NCBI GenBank assembly: GCA_014905635.1
Contig: JABVCE010000022.1
Location: 558,001-622,000, forward strand
Source of the DNA: Scenedesmus sp. PABB004
Lineage: Eukaryota
Reading direction: 5' to 3'
Length of the DNA: 64,000 bases
Each line of letters opens with the position of its first letter. Within the stretch, counting starts at the first letter, position 1. A program made the position numbers and the translations under genes. Below, in pieces: positions 1 through 15,310 of this stretch. Below the pieces are notes generated by a model. The model was given only the letters and a program-made list of their open reading frames with translations. It was not told where the DNA came from and did no database searches.

Positions 1-2564
1 CCTCACGGGCCTGACGTGCCTCGTCGCGCGCTGCAACTACGGCATCAGCCGCCTCCCGCCCGACCTCGGGTCCCTCGGCCGCCTGGTGCACCTCGACGTC
101 AGCAAGAACATGCTCTGGGAGCTGCCGCCCGAGGTGCGGCGCGGCGGGGCGGGGCGTGCCGCGGCAGGCTGCAGGCGGCGCGCACGCGGCGGCGCGCGGC
201 GGCCCGCGACAACACCCACCCCCGCAACACCCGCCCCGCCCTGCAACACCGCCCCCGCGCCGCGTCCCACCGCGCAGATCGGCGGCCTGACGTCGCTGCG
301 GCACCTCGACGTCAGCAGCAACTGCCTGTCGGCGCTCGGCGAGGCCGCGTGCGGGCTGGCCGCGCTGACGCACCTTGATGCGAGCAACAACAGCCGCATG
401 GCGCTGCCGGCGGGGCTCGGCCGCCTCAGCGCGCTGGAGTCGCTCAACCTGAGCTGGGTGTGGAGCGACCTCGGCCCGCTCTGGGTCGCCGCGCCGGCGC
501 TGTCCCGGCTCGCCGCGCTGAACGTCGTCGGCAATGGCATCGCAGAGCTGCCGCCGGGGGTGTCGGGCTTCAAGGCGCTCAGGCGCGCACAGCGCTGCGC
601 CGCCTACACCTTGAGCTGCGCCGCCGCCGCCGCCGCCGCCGCACGCGGGGCGGGCGCGCGCGCGGCGGGGCGGGCGCGCGTCCGCGCCGTGGCGCCTCTG
701 CCTGACGGCGCCCGCCTCCTCCTGCCGCCCGCCGCCGCGCGATGACCATCGCCGCTGCCCGCGCAGCGCGCTGTCCCTGAGCATGAACAACCTCACCTCC
801 CTGCCCGACGCGCTGGGCGGCCTCGGCCCGCTCGCGTCGCTGGAGCTGTCGGACAACCGCCTGTCGGCGCTGCCGCCGTCGCTCGGCCGGCTCGGCGCGC
901 TGACGAGCCTCGGCCTGCGCAGCAACTGCCTCGCGGCGCTGCCCGAGGAGCTGGGCGGCCTCTCCGCGCTCGCCTACCTGGACGTCAGCATGAACCACCT
1001 CTCGGTGCGGCAGCGGCCGCGGCGGGCACAGCGCGCGCAGCGCGGCGGCCGTGGCGGGCACAGCGCAGGCGGCTCAGCATGGCCGCACGGTCGCCCCCGC
1101 CCACGCGCCCGCCCACACGCGCCCGCCGCCCGCCCGCGCGCCCGCCGCCCGCCCGCGCGCAGGCGCTGCCGGACGGGCTGTCGCGCCTGACGGCGCTGAG
1201 TCAGCTCGCGCTGAGCATGAACCCGCTCACCGCGCTGCCGCCGGGCCTCGGCGCGCTGCAGGGGCTGCGCATCCTGGAGATGTACTACGTCCGCCTCCAC
1301 CACCCCGCGGCCGCCGGCGGCGGCGGCGGCGACGCCGGCGGCGGCGGGGGCGCCGGCGGCCAGGGCGGCGGCGAGGCCGGCGAGGCCGGCGGCGACGAGG
1401 CCGGCGGGTGCGCCGCGCCGGCGTGCCTCGCGGCGCTGCAGGAGCTCATCCCTGGGCTCTACATCTTCAGCAACAGCCTCTGGCCCGACGGCGCGGCGCC
1501 GCCGCCGGGCGGCGAGGCGGCGGCGGGCGCGGGCGCCGACGGCGGCGAGGCCGAGGCGCTGCTGCCGGGGCTGGGCGGCCTGCCGGCGCAGGCGCAGGTG
1601 CAGGTGCACTTTGCGCCGGCCGCGTGGGAGGGCGACGAGGACGACGCCGGCGGCGGCGGCGACGCCGCGGGCGGCGCGGCACCGGCGCCGGCGCTGGCGC
1701 CGGCGCCGGCGGGGCGGCTGTCGCCGCAGGGCAGCGCCGCGAGCAGCGCCGGCAGCGGCGCCGCCTACGGTGGCGGCGGCAGCAGCAGCAGCACGGCCAG
1801 CAGCGACGCCGCCGCGCTCTCTGCGTCGTCGTCGTCCAGCAGCCTCGCGGCCGACGCGGGCGCGTGGCCCGCCTGGGACGACGACGCCGCGCCGCGGCGC
1901 GACCAGCAGCTGCGCCGCGCCGGCAGCGGCCACGGCGCGCGCCCGCGCGCCACCTTTGCGCCCGGCACCACCAGCCCCGTGGCCGGCGGCGCGCCGGCGC
2001 CCGCGCCGGCGGCGGCGGCGCCCGGGGGCCGTGCCGCCGCTCGCGCTCGGCGGCGGCGGCGGCGGCGGCGGCGGGCCGTCGTCGTCGTCGGGCGCGGGCA
2101 CCGGCGCCCGCGCGTCGTGGTGCCAGCTCGACGCCGCGGGGCGGTCGTGGCCGTCGTTCGCGGGCGGCGCGCCGCACGGCGGCGGCGCGCTGCTGGGCGG
2201 CACGTGGTCGTGCGACCTCGGCGCGCTCGCGGCCGCGGCCGAGGCGTCCGCCGCGTCGGCGAGCAGCGCGGGCGGCGGCGCGGCGGCGCGGCGCGCCGCC
2301 GAGGGCTGGGACGTCGTCATGCCGCTGCGCCCGCTCTCCAAGGCGCACAGCGTGGGCCGCCCCTCGCTCAGCCGCTACTCCCGCGGCGGCGAGGCGACCG
2401 GCAGCCCCACGGGCAGCAGCGGCTACGGCCTCGCCGCGCGCCTGCTCAGCCCCGCGCTGCCGCCGCCGGCGGCGGCGGGCGCGGCGCCGGCGGCGGGGGG
2501 CCAGGGCCAGGGCGGCGGGGCCGGCGGCGGCGAGTGGCGACGCCGCGCGCAGCACGACGACTGA
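1..2564 (+). CDS. Leucine-rich repeat protein (5' end outside window; multi-exon) with low-complexity C-terminus
   Basis: Repeated LxxLxLxxNxLxxLP units (HLDVSKNMLWELP, SLELSDNRLSALP, QLALSMNPLTALP) joined by three introns. Apparent 1-nt frameshift in the G-run near 2024-2028. Stop at 2562-2564 after ...RAQHDD. Confidence 0.85.
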
Positions 2565-3156
2565 GGGGGGCGTGAGCTCCCGTGAGCTCGGGGGGCCGGC
2601 GCCGGTCGGCGACGGTGGGGGCTGTAGCAGCAGCAAAAAACGTCTAGGCAGGCTGGGCGCAGCAGCAGGAAGGGAGGCGGCCGCGGCAGGGTGAGCGGGG
2701 CGGCTCTGAGCGCGGCTGCGGGTGGTGATGGCGGCGCGTCGTGCAGGCTGCTGCCTGCGTGCGCCGGAGGGGGCTGTTGGGAGTTGCCTGAGCTGAGCAC
2801 TTCGAGCAGCTGCAGCTGGGGGGCAACTGGTGCGCCGCCGCGAGAGGCTCTCCTGCCAGCGCCGGACGTGCGCCGCTTCTGCCGCCGCCGCCGCTGCCAG
2901 CCGTCGTCGCGGCGCGGGCGCGGGCGCGTTCGCTGCTCGCGGGCGCGTTCGCTGCTCCTGTGAAGCCCTCGCGGCGATCCGGGCGGCCCAAGCGCGGCAG
3001 CAGCGCGCGTGGGCCAGCCCATCACCCTCCCGCCCTCAGCTGCAGCGCTCGACCACGGTCGCTGGCCAGCGAGTCAGCCCACGACGCCCTGTGCGCGAGG
3101 AGAAGGGCCTCGAGACCTCCAGGCGGCTCTGGGTCGCCCAGGCGGCAAATGACAGG

Positions 3157-3171
3157 CCTCGAGATGCTTCG
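3157..3171 (+). promoter_or_regulatory. Possible degenerate heat-shock element upstream of HSP70B
   Basis: cCTCg-aGATg-cTTCg resembles nTTCn-nGAAn-nTTCn with mismatches, ~150 bp upstream of the HSP70B ATG. GGCCTCGAGA also occurs ~50 bp further upstream. Confidence 0.25.
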
Positions 3172-3317
3172 GCGGCCCGTCCTGCCGCGCGCATAGGCCG
3201 CAGCGCCCGCCCCCGCGCGCCACACTACACGCCCGTGGTGAGCCGCTGCCCGTAAGCAGACAGCCCGCACGCACGCAGCCCGCACACGCCCGCAGCCACA
3301 GGCGCAGCAGCTGCGCG

Positions 3318-7113
<3,796 letters not shown>

Positions 7114-7386
7114 GGGGCGGCGCGCGGAGCGGAGCGGGGCGGAGCGGGGCCGCGGCGCGGCGCGGGGCGCCGCGCGGCTGCAGGCGCAGCCGCGCGGCGC
7201 GGCGCGCGCCGCGTCGCCGCGGCGGCGGGCGGGCGTGGGGGCGCGGGGCGTTGGGGCGTGGCGGCCTGGCCTGCGGCAGGGCTGGAGGCGCAAAACGTAC
7301 ACATTTCGCCTCGTCCGGTGGTGGACGGGCGGGCTGTCGGGCGGTGCGGGTCGTCCCGATGTTGCTGCGCCTCTGAGCGGCGCGCG

Positions 7387-7391
7387 TGTAA
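7387..7391 (+). terminator. TGTAA chlorophyte polyadenylation signal of HSP70B
   Basis: TGTAA ~270 nt after the stop codon; established poly(A) signal in chlorophytes. Confidence 0.6.
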
Positions 7392-7489
7392 CGGCGTGCT
7401 CTTCCTCCCCGCGTCTGGCCAGCTCGCCCGCACTCCTTCCACGCCTCACCCCCAGCCGCGCACCGCCCAGCCACCGAGACGGAACCAGA

Positions 7490-8095
7490 ATGCTGCGCGG
7501 CAGCAGCGGCGCCGCCGCTCGCCAGGGCGCCGCAGCGTCGCGCCAGCGCCAGCGCCCGGTCCAACACCACTCGCTGCAACACTACAGAGGCGCCGCGCGC
7601 TGCAATGCAGCGAGCAGGCCAGATCCGGCGCCGCAGCAGCAGCCCGACGCAGCCTCTGCTGCTGCACCCCCGCCGGACGGCGACGGCGACGACGCGGTGG
7701 CGGCGATGCTCTGGGCGGTGCGCCCACCACACCCCTGGACCACCGCGCACGCCCGCCGCCATGTGCCGGGCCGCCGCGCCATGCCGCAGCGGCCGCCGCC
7801 GCGGCCCGCCGCCGACTGCCGGTCGCGGGCGCGCCGCCGCGGCCGCAGGCGCAGCAGGCGGGCGTGCGCGTCGTGCCAGCGGGGGACGGGGACGCCCTGG
7901 ACGACCTGGACGACCTGGACGACGTGCTGGATGAGCTGGAGGACCCCTGGATGCGCTCGCCCGCGCGTGAGCCCGCCGCGTGGCTGGCTCGCGGCAGCGC
8001 CTAGCCCAGGGGGCGGCCGCGAGTCGCGCGGCAGGGGCCCCGGCATCGCGCACCCCGCCAGCTGCCAGGCGCCGCCGGCCCACGCGCCCCCGCCG

Positions 8096-8132
<37 letters not shown>

Positions 8133-8589
8133 CGCCGCAGCGCCAGAGTGGGCCGAGGCGACCGGCATGCTGCCCCCCGCGCAGGGGCAGCCGGGCGGCG
8201 CCGTGGCGGCGGCGCCGCCGAGCGGCCGGAGCGTGACGACCGTGAGCTGGGCGGAGCTGCAGGCGCAGCGGCCGCGCGCGCTGCTGGTCCTGTCGGTGGC
8301 CGTGCCCGACGACGACGCGCCGGTCGCGCGGCAGCTGCCCGACCCGCTGCCCTGGCAGGCCGGCGGGCAGGCAAGCGGCGCGGAGGTGGAGGAGGCGTCG
8401 CTCGCGCTGCACGAGCTGACGCGCGATGCGGCCGAGGCGTGGAACGGGCGCACGGTGGCCGTGCTCGACGCGGGGCACCCGTCGGCGCTGGCGGCGGCCA
8501 TCCGGCTGGCCGTGGTCTACCGCCTGCCCGACGTCGTGCTGCTGCAGCTGGGCGAGCCCGCCGCCGGCGGTGCGCCGCCGCGTCTGTGA
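7490..8589 (+). CDS. Uncharacterised protein with transit-peptide-like N-terminus and degenerate rhodanese-like C-terminal domain (3 exons)
   Basis: MLRGSSGAAARQ...AMLWA | AQQAGVRVV...DDLDDLDDVLDELEDPWMRSP | EWAEATGML...VSWAELQ...VAVLDAGHPSALAAAIRLAVVYRLPDVVLL; GT-AG introns. The rhodanese similarity is by eye only. Confidence 0.6.
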
Positions 8590-8762
8590 GCTGCGGTGGT
8601 TTTGCTGCTGGCAACCGCGCGCGACCTGACCAAGCCCCCCGCCACCGCTCTCGTGGCGACCACCGTTCCGCTCCCAGCGCCCTAAAGCAGATCATGCGCC
8701 CCAGCTGAGCTCATCTGCACCCAAACTCAGCGCTCGCCCGCGCCGCCGCTCCGCCGCTGCCC

Positions 8763-9826
8763 ATGCAGCTCCTGCGGCAGCGCCTGCACTGCCACCACGC
8801 GCGTGAGCAGTCCACCAGCTTACGCGCCTCCCCAAGCCCGTGCCTGCGGGCCGCGCGGCGTCGCCAGCGCGCTGGCAGCGTGGCCGTGCGCGCGGACATG
8901 AGCCTGGGCGACGCGGTGCTCACGTACGGCGCGCTGGGACTAAGCCTGGGCGCCGCAATCTACACCGTCTTCTACCCCTGGCCCCGGCGCGCCAAGCCGG
9001 GCCCCCCGGCGCGCGGCGCGGCGCCGGCAGCAGCGCCGGCGGCGCCGCCCAGCCTGCACGGCGGCCCCGACAACTTCACCTGGGGCGTTATGGGCGCCGT
9101 GGCGTGCCTGCCGCTGTTCAACTCCATGGTGGGCGCCGGCGCCGGCAGCAGGCGCGGGCTGCGCACGCATGCATGCGCCGCGCCGACGCCGCGCGGCGCC
9201 GCCGCCGCCCGCCGCCAGGCCTGGGTGCTGGGCGCGCTGCAGAGCGAGGCGCCGCGGCCCTACTACTGGGCGGCGGCGCTGTACGCGCTGCCGCTGCTGC
9301 GCAACGGGCTGGAGCAGGACTGGTTCTCCTGGAGCCTGCTGCTGCTGGGCGTGGCGCACGTGCAGGCGCGGCCGCCCGTGCGCGCCGGCTGGGCTGGCCG
9401 CCGGGGCCCGGCGGCAGCGCTCGCCCAGCGGCGGCGGTGGCGCGCCCACGCGCCCGCCGGCGGCCGGCGGCCGCACCGCAGGCGCTGCGCATCGCCGCCA
9501 CCGAGCCGGAGGTCCAGGCGGCGCTGCAGCAACAGCTGCGCCCGCTGTCGCTGGTGTCCGGCCTGGCGAATGCCGCCGGCGCGGCGGCGTCCGCCGCGCT
9601 GGGCACCGGCGCGGGCGCGCCGCGGCCAGGGCAGCAGCGGCTGGGCGCGCGCGGCAGCGCCGGCGGCGCGCCCGTGTCCGAGGCGCTCGGGCGAGGCGGC
9701 GTGGAGGAGGCGGGCGCGGGCGCGGGCGCGGACGAGGAGGAGCTGGCGCGGCGGCGCGAACTGGAGGACTTCGACCGCAGGCTGCAGGCGAGCGCGCCGG
9801 CGCGCCGCGAGCTGGAGGTCGACTGA
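8763..9826 (+). CDS. Probable plastid-targeted multi-pass membrane protein of unknown function (3 exons)
   Basis: Arg/Ser-rich transit-like N-terminus ending VAVRA, hydrophobic segments (NFTWGVMGAVACLPLFNSM|AWVLGAL..YYWAAALYALPLL..SLLLLGVAHVQ) and C-terminal ELEDFDRRL. Second intron is GC-AG (9366-9481). Confidence 0.75.
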
Positions 9827-10524
9827 GCGCTGCCGGCAGCGCCGGGGCGCTGCCCTGCGCTGCGCGCCACGGCAGGCACGTGGGGCAGGACGGGCGCGCC
9901 GGGGAGCGCGGGTGCCCTGCAACTGGTGGGCCATCCGCCGTGAAGTCACCATCAAGACTCCGCACCCGCGCAGAGCAAGTCAATCCATGCATCCACGCGC
10001 AGTGCGCAGTGTGGCCACCGGCACCAGCGGACAGAAAAGCGGCATCAGGCAGACAGAACAGCAACAGGGGCGCAGCAGACGGGCGACACGCTCAGTCGAT
10101 TGGTTGGCTGGATCGATCCTGCAGCCGCTGCGAAGCAGCTGCGAGGCACATCATCAACAGCTTTGAAGCAGCAGCCAAACGCCGACGCAGGGCGCCCTAA
10201 CGCTGCACCCGCGGGATCCAGGCCCTGATCTGCAAATGCGCGCCCGAGTGCCGATGGATGACAGTACTGTCATCTGGTCACTAGTGCTGGGGTTGCCCGC
10301 GTGGCAGAGCGCCGCGTGGCAGTGGCAGCAGCAGGAGGCGCAGGCTCGTCGCTCGTCGCTGCTGCAGCACACGTTATGCAGTGTCGACAGTGCGTGCCCG
10401 CAACTCACCAGTGCTCTGGCGCGGCCGCTCGGCTCGCGCTGCCAGTGTCGGCGGCCAGCTTGGCCGCACCCGCGCAGATGGAAGCGTGCTGCACAGCAAG
10501 CGCGAATAGCCGGACCACAAAAGC

Positions 10525-12722
10525 CTACTGCGTGCCCGCGAGCTGCTTCAGCAGCGACAGAAGGTCGGCACTGGGGGCTGCACCGGCTGCGCCGGCTGGC
10601 TCGGCCACCGCGCTGGGGCCCGCCTGGCCGCCGCCGCTGCCGGGGGCCATGCCCGCGGCCAGCATGCGCAGCAGCGCCGCCTGCGCGGCAATGGGGCAGC
10701 CACCGACGCGCGCGGCGCCGGCATCGTCCCGGTCAACTCCAGGCGACTGCCGGCCAGCGGGCGGCATGACCGGTGGCGGCACTCTCGGCGGCGGCACGCC
10801 CGGCTGGCACGCCAGCGCTGAGCTCCGGAGCGCTGCGGTCAGCAGCTCTGCCTGTGCCAGCAGCAGCGGCGCCGGGCTCGGCTGCGCGGCGCCGGCGCTG
10901 TGCGCGTCGAGCGCGGTGCGGCCCGCGACGCGCTGGCGGACCTGCTGCAGCAGGCTGTCGCTGTCAGTGGGCAGCCGCGCTGCGCCGCGGTCGTGCGGCG
11001 AGCGCGCCTGGCGCTTGGCCGCCGCTGCTCGGTGCAGCTGCTCCTCGGGCTCGCGCTTGGCGCGCCCTCCGCCGTCCGCGCCCTCGGCGCCGCGCGCCGC
11101 CCACGCTGCGGCGGCGTGCTGCAGCGCGGGCGGCGCGGCGCCGTCGGCGGGGCGCGCGAGCTGCTGCAGTAGCTGCCACAGCTGCTGCCCGTCCGCGCCG
11201 GCGGCCGCAGCGGCGGCCTCGTGTGTTGGCGGCGGCGCCGCCGCCAGCAGCGCGCCCGCTGCGGGGCGCGGCGCCGGCGCCCTCTCAAGCTCCCAAAACA
11301 TGCCGGCTGCGAGTTCGTCGCACACGAGCAGCAGCTGGCTGAGGCCCATGCCGCGCAGTGCGTGCGCGCCGGGGCCCGAGCCGCGGCCAATGGCCGCCGC
11401 GATGGCCCGCCGCAGCCCGCCCACGCTCAGCCAGACCGGCACGCTGCCGCTGGGCGGCGCGCTGGCGGGTGGCGGCGGCGCGGGCACGGGGGCGCTGTGC
11501 ACGAGGGCGTCGACCGGCCACGCCGCCGCCGTGGCGGCGTCGGGCCAGGCCGCCCCCGCGCGCGCGCGCGGCCGCACGGCAGTGAGGCTGCTGGCCAGGC
11601 CCGGGAGGCCGCCGTACCACGTGAGGCCGGCGGCAGCCTGCTGGGCTCCCGCCACCGCGCCCGCCGCTGCCGGCAGCCTGCCGGCGTCGGCGCCGGCGCC
11701 CTCCCGCGTGCTGCCCGCGCCACCAGTGCCCTGGGTGCGCTGCCTGCCCGGCGCGCCGAGGTGCCGGGCCACCACAGCGGCGGCGCCGTGCCCCTCCGCC
11801 TCTGGGTCCTCCGCCTCGCTGCTGGCGCGGCGACCGTCGACGGCCGTGGCCGACATGGAGCGGTCGCAGCCAGGCGACGCGCTGCCGCTGCCGCCGCCGC
11901 CGCCGTCGCCGGCGCGGCGCGGCTCCGCGGCCTGCGCCTTGCGGCGCCGCGTGTTGTGTCGGCCGAGCTGCACGCGGCAGCTGCGGCGGTCGCCGTCAAA
12001 GTCGGCCACGCCGTGCAGCGCGCCGCACTGCTGGCAGAAGCGCATCGCCGCGCCACCGATCACCACGTGCGGCGCCCTCGCGTGCGCGCCGCACATGCGG
12101 TGGCGCCGGAAGTAGGCCGTCACGCTCGGCGCCCACAGGTCGGCGCTGCAGCCGGGCACTTGGCACGCGATGGCGCCGGGCCGCGGCGGCGCCGCGCCGG
12201 GGGCGCCGCCCCTGCTGGCCGCCGCGCCGGGGGCGCCGCCCCCGCTGGCCGCCGCGCCGGGGGCGGCGCCCCCGCTGGCCGCCGCCGCGTCGCTGAGCAG
12301 GGCCAGGCCCGCGCAGGCCTGTGCGCGCTGCTGCATCAGCTGCGCCGCCGCCAGCGCAGACTGCGGGAGCGAGGCGTGCGTTACTTGTGCCGCATCTGCT
12401 GGTTCAGACGCGTCCTGTGCGCTCACGGCGCCACGGTGCGCCGGCTCGCCACAGTGCGCGGGCTCGTCGGCGCTGCCCGGCGGCGGCGCGCTCGCCAGCG
12501 GCGGCGGTGCGGCGGCCTGCTGCTGCTGCTGGTCCTGCGCCGCAGCGCTCGCTCCTACGTCGCTGAGGATGCGAGGTGAGGCCTCTGGGCTCGCCTCTGG
12601 GGCAGGCACCTGCGCGGGCGGCGTGGCAGGTGGCAGTGGTATCAGGTATGCCTCACCGCTCCGCCCAGCCTTCCGGATAGCCCGCCGGCGCTCCCAGGAA
12701 TTACCTGATCACTGAAGGTCAT
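10525..12722 (-). CDS. SBP-box (SQUAMOSA promoter-binding) transcription factor
   Basis: CQVPGCSADL...YFRRHRMCGAH...RFCQQCGALHGVADFDGDRRSCRVQLGRHNTRRRK is an intact SBP domain. Short first exon MTFSDQ (12705-12722) with GTAATT donor; intron 12610-12704. Confidence 0.93.
12188..12285. repeat. 30-bp tandem repeat (~3 copies) within the SBP coding sequence
   Basis: gccgcgccgggggcg(c/g)cgcccc(t/c)gctggcc repeated; encodes AASGG(G/A)APGA units. Confidence 0.8.
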
Positions 12723-13321
12723 GGTGCGCGCTGCTCCGCGCCGATACGAGCGGTGTCACCGCACAAGGCCCGCGGCATGATCGCGTGCGCGCCGGCGCCC
12801 GCGCGGCCCGCGGCAGCGCTCAGTGTGCTGGGGCCTGGCCTGCCGAGACCGGGAGCAGCGGCGTGGAGGGCCCGAGCGCGCGGCAGGCACAGACGGCTGT
12901 CGCCCGTCACGCGCGCCGCCGCTGACGGCCAGGCGGTCACGGCGACGGCCCCCCACCCGCGATCTCTCCGCGAGCTCAGACGAGCGGCGGCCAAGGCCAC
13001 GGGCATTTTTGGCAGCTGATGGGCGCGACAGTCGCGAGATCGGGGCGGCAGCGCTGCGCGCCAGTCGGCCGGCGGGCCGTCCCCGACGCCCGTCCCTCCC
13101 ATGCTGACCACGTCTGTGCAGCTTGACTGGCGGGCTCGGAGCTGCTCGCGCGGTTGCCGGGCGCACGCGCACGCGCTCCCCGGCCGCGCGCGCGGCGGCG
13201 CCGGCAGCGGCCCGGGCCCGCGCGCGCCGCGGCGTGGCGCTGCGCGTGCTCCACGCTCCGCCGCGCGCCGACCGCCGCGCCGGGGGTCGTTTTGAACCCT
13301 GACTGGTTCGGCCTCTTGGCC

Positions 13322-14772
13322 TCAGCGCAGCAGGTCGACGTGGATGTGGAACTTGATGGCGTTCAGCTCCATGCTCGCCTGCGCAGCGCACAGCGCGCGG
13401 GGTCGGCCCGCCCTCAGGCGCGCCCCGCCGCGCCCGTCGGCGGCGCGGCAGCCCCGCCCCCGCCCACCGCCCCGGCCCGCCTCGACGCCCCCGCGCGCCG
13501 CACAGCACGCGCGCGCTGCCAGCCGCGCCCACGGGCGCACCTTGGCGACCTTGACAAACTCTGGCCACGCGCGCACGTCCTTGCCGTCCGCCTCCAGGTA
13601 CAGCCGCGTCTGCCCGATCGCCATGACCGCCGCGGTGACCGCCTCCATGCCGATGCCCACGAGGCACACCGGCGCGCCATCGCGGCACCTCGCCGCGAGC
13701 GCGCCCGCCACGACCGTGGGCTGGCTCGTGCCCGACACCTGCCGCGGCGGACGCGGCGGACACGGCGGCGGCGCGAGCGGGCGCGGACGCGCGGTGGAGC
13801 TCCGCGCGGGCGGAGCTCCGGCGCGGGCGCCCCTCGGCACCGCCGCCGCCGCGCGGCGCCGCGCCCGCGCCCGCGGCGCCGGCCGCGCACCGCCAGCTCC
13901 ACCTCGCCCGGCTGCGGGACCCAGTGGCTGTTGGGGTGCTTTGAGAGGTACAGCGCGACGCTGGGCTTGTCGGGCGTGCCGCCCTCGCGGAACGCGGTCT
14001 GGAAGGTCAGCTCCAGCTGGCTCTCAGCCAGGTAGCCTGGCCGGCGGCGGCGCGGCGGCGGCGGCGGCGGCGGCGGCGGGGTGGGTGAGGTGGTGGTGGT
14101 GGTGGTGCTGGTGGTTGCAGGAGGGGGGCGCGGCGCGCGGGGCGCGGCGCGGGCGCGGCCGGCGGCGCGCGCCGTGCGCCGCGCGGCGCGGCGCGCACCG
14201 CGCGCGATGGCGATGGCCTTGACGGCCTGGTTGATGCACTTGGTGCCGATCGTGAGCATCGCGGGCGCGGCGTTGTCGCGGCACGTGTGCGCGAGCTTGC
14301 CCGCGACCTTGCGCGGGTCGCTCTCGCCCGAGACCTTGACAAAGGCGGGCAGGCCCGGCCCGAGCGAGCCCAGCGGCGCGCGCGGGTCGAGCGCGGCGCC
14401 GCGCGCGGCGGCGGCGCCGCCCGGCGGGCCGACGCCCGCGGCCATGACCGCGGCCGCGGCAGCGGCCTGCTGCTGCGCGATCGCCGCCGCCGCCGCCGCG
14501 GCGGCGGCCTGCTGGATCGCCGCCTGCGTGGCCGCGTCCAGCACAACCGCCTGCGCCGCCGGGTCCGGCACCGCCGCGACTGCGGCCCCTGCTTGCGGGA
14601 CGGGCGGATGGGGTGGTGCTGCTGGGCTGGGCTCGCTCGGCGCGGCCGCGGGTGCGGCGGCGGCGGCATGCTGCTGCTGCTGCTGCGGGGGCTCGTCCTT
14701 CACGCCGGGCCTGCTGTAGGGCCCCGGCCGCTCCGCGGGCTCATTCTGCCGCCGCTCCGGCCCAGGAGCCAT
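13322..14772 (-). CDS. Protein with two tandem SpoVS (stage V sporulation protein S; Alba-like) domains (4 exons)
   Basis: Domain 1: VKVSGESDPRKVAGKLAH...IGTKCINQAVKAIAIARGYL. Domain 2: VSGTSQPTVVAGALAAR...IGMEAVTAAVMAIGQTRLYL...PEF. Both match the SpoVS pattern KVSxxSxPxxVAGAxA...IGAxAxNQAVKAIAIARG. Confidence 0.85.
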
Positions 14773-15310
14773 CGCGGGCGACGCGGGGCGGCCCCGGCGG
14801 CGGTCGCGGCGGCGGCGCGGGCGCAGGCCGAGCGCGGGCGGTGCTGTCGCGGAGCGCGCGCTGCGCTGCGCTGTGCGGGGACCGGGAGGCTGCACTCGGC
14901 GCGTGGGGAACAGTGCCGACGCGCCGGGCACCGCCGCGGCTGGAGGGCACGGCGCCCTGCGCCGGGCGTCGCGACGCGGCATGGTCGCGCGGAACGGCGC
15001 GCACGCCTAATCACACACTGGGTCTCCACCCCCTGCTCTCGCTGAACGACCGCGCCTCGCCGGCGGCCACGGCAGCAGCGCCGGCGGCGGCGCCCCGTCC
15101 GCGTCGACGCGCCGCGTCCTCCCTCCAGCCCGCCAGGCCGCAGCGACAGCGCGCTCTGCCACTGCGCCGGCCCCAAAGCGAGCCGCCGCGCGAGCGGCGG
15201 TGATCAGCAGCGGCGGTCTGCGCAGCGGCGCGCTCCGGGCCAGCGCCAGACCCCTCTCCACAGCGGCCGTCGGCGCACACCGGCGTTGCTCAGCGCCAGC
15301 GGCGGCAGCG

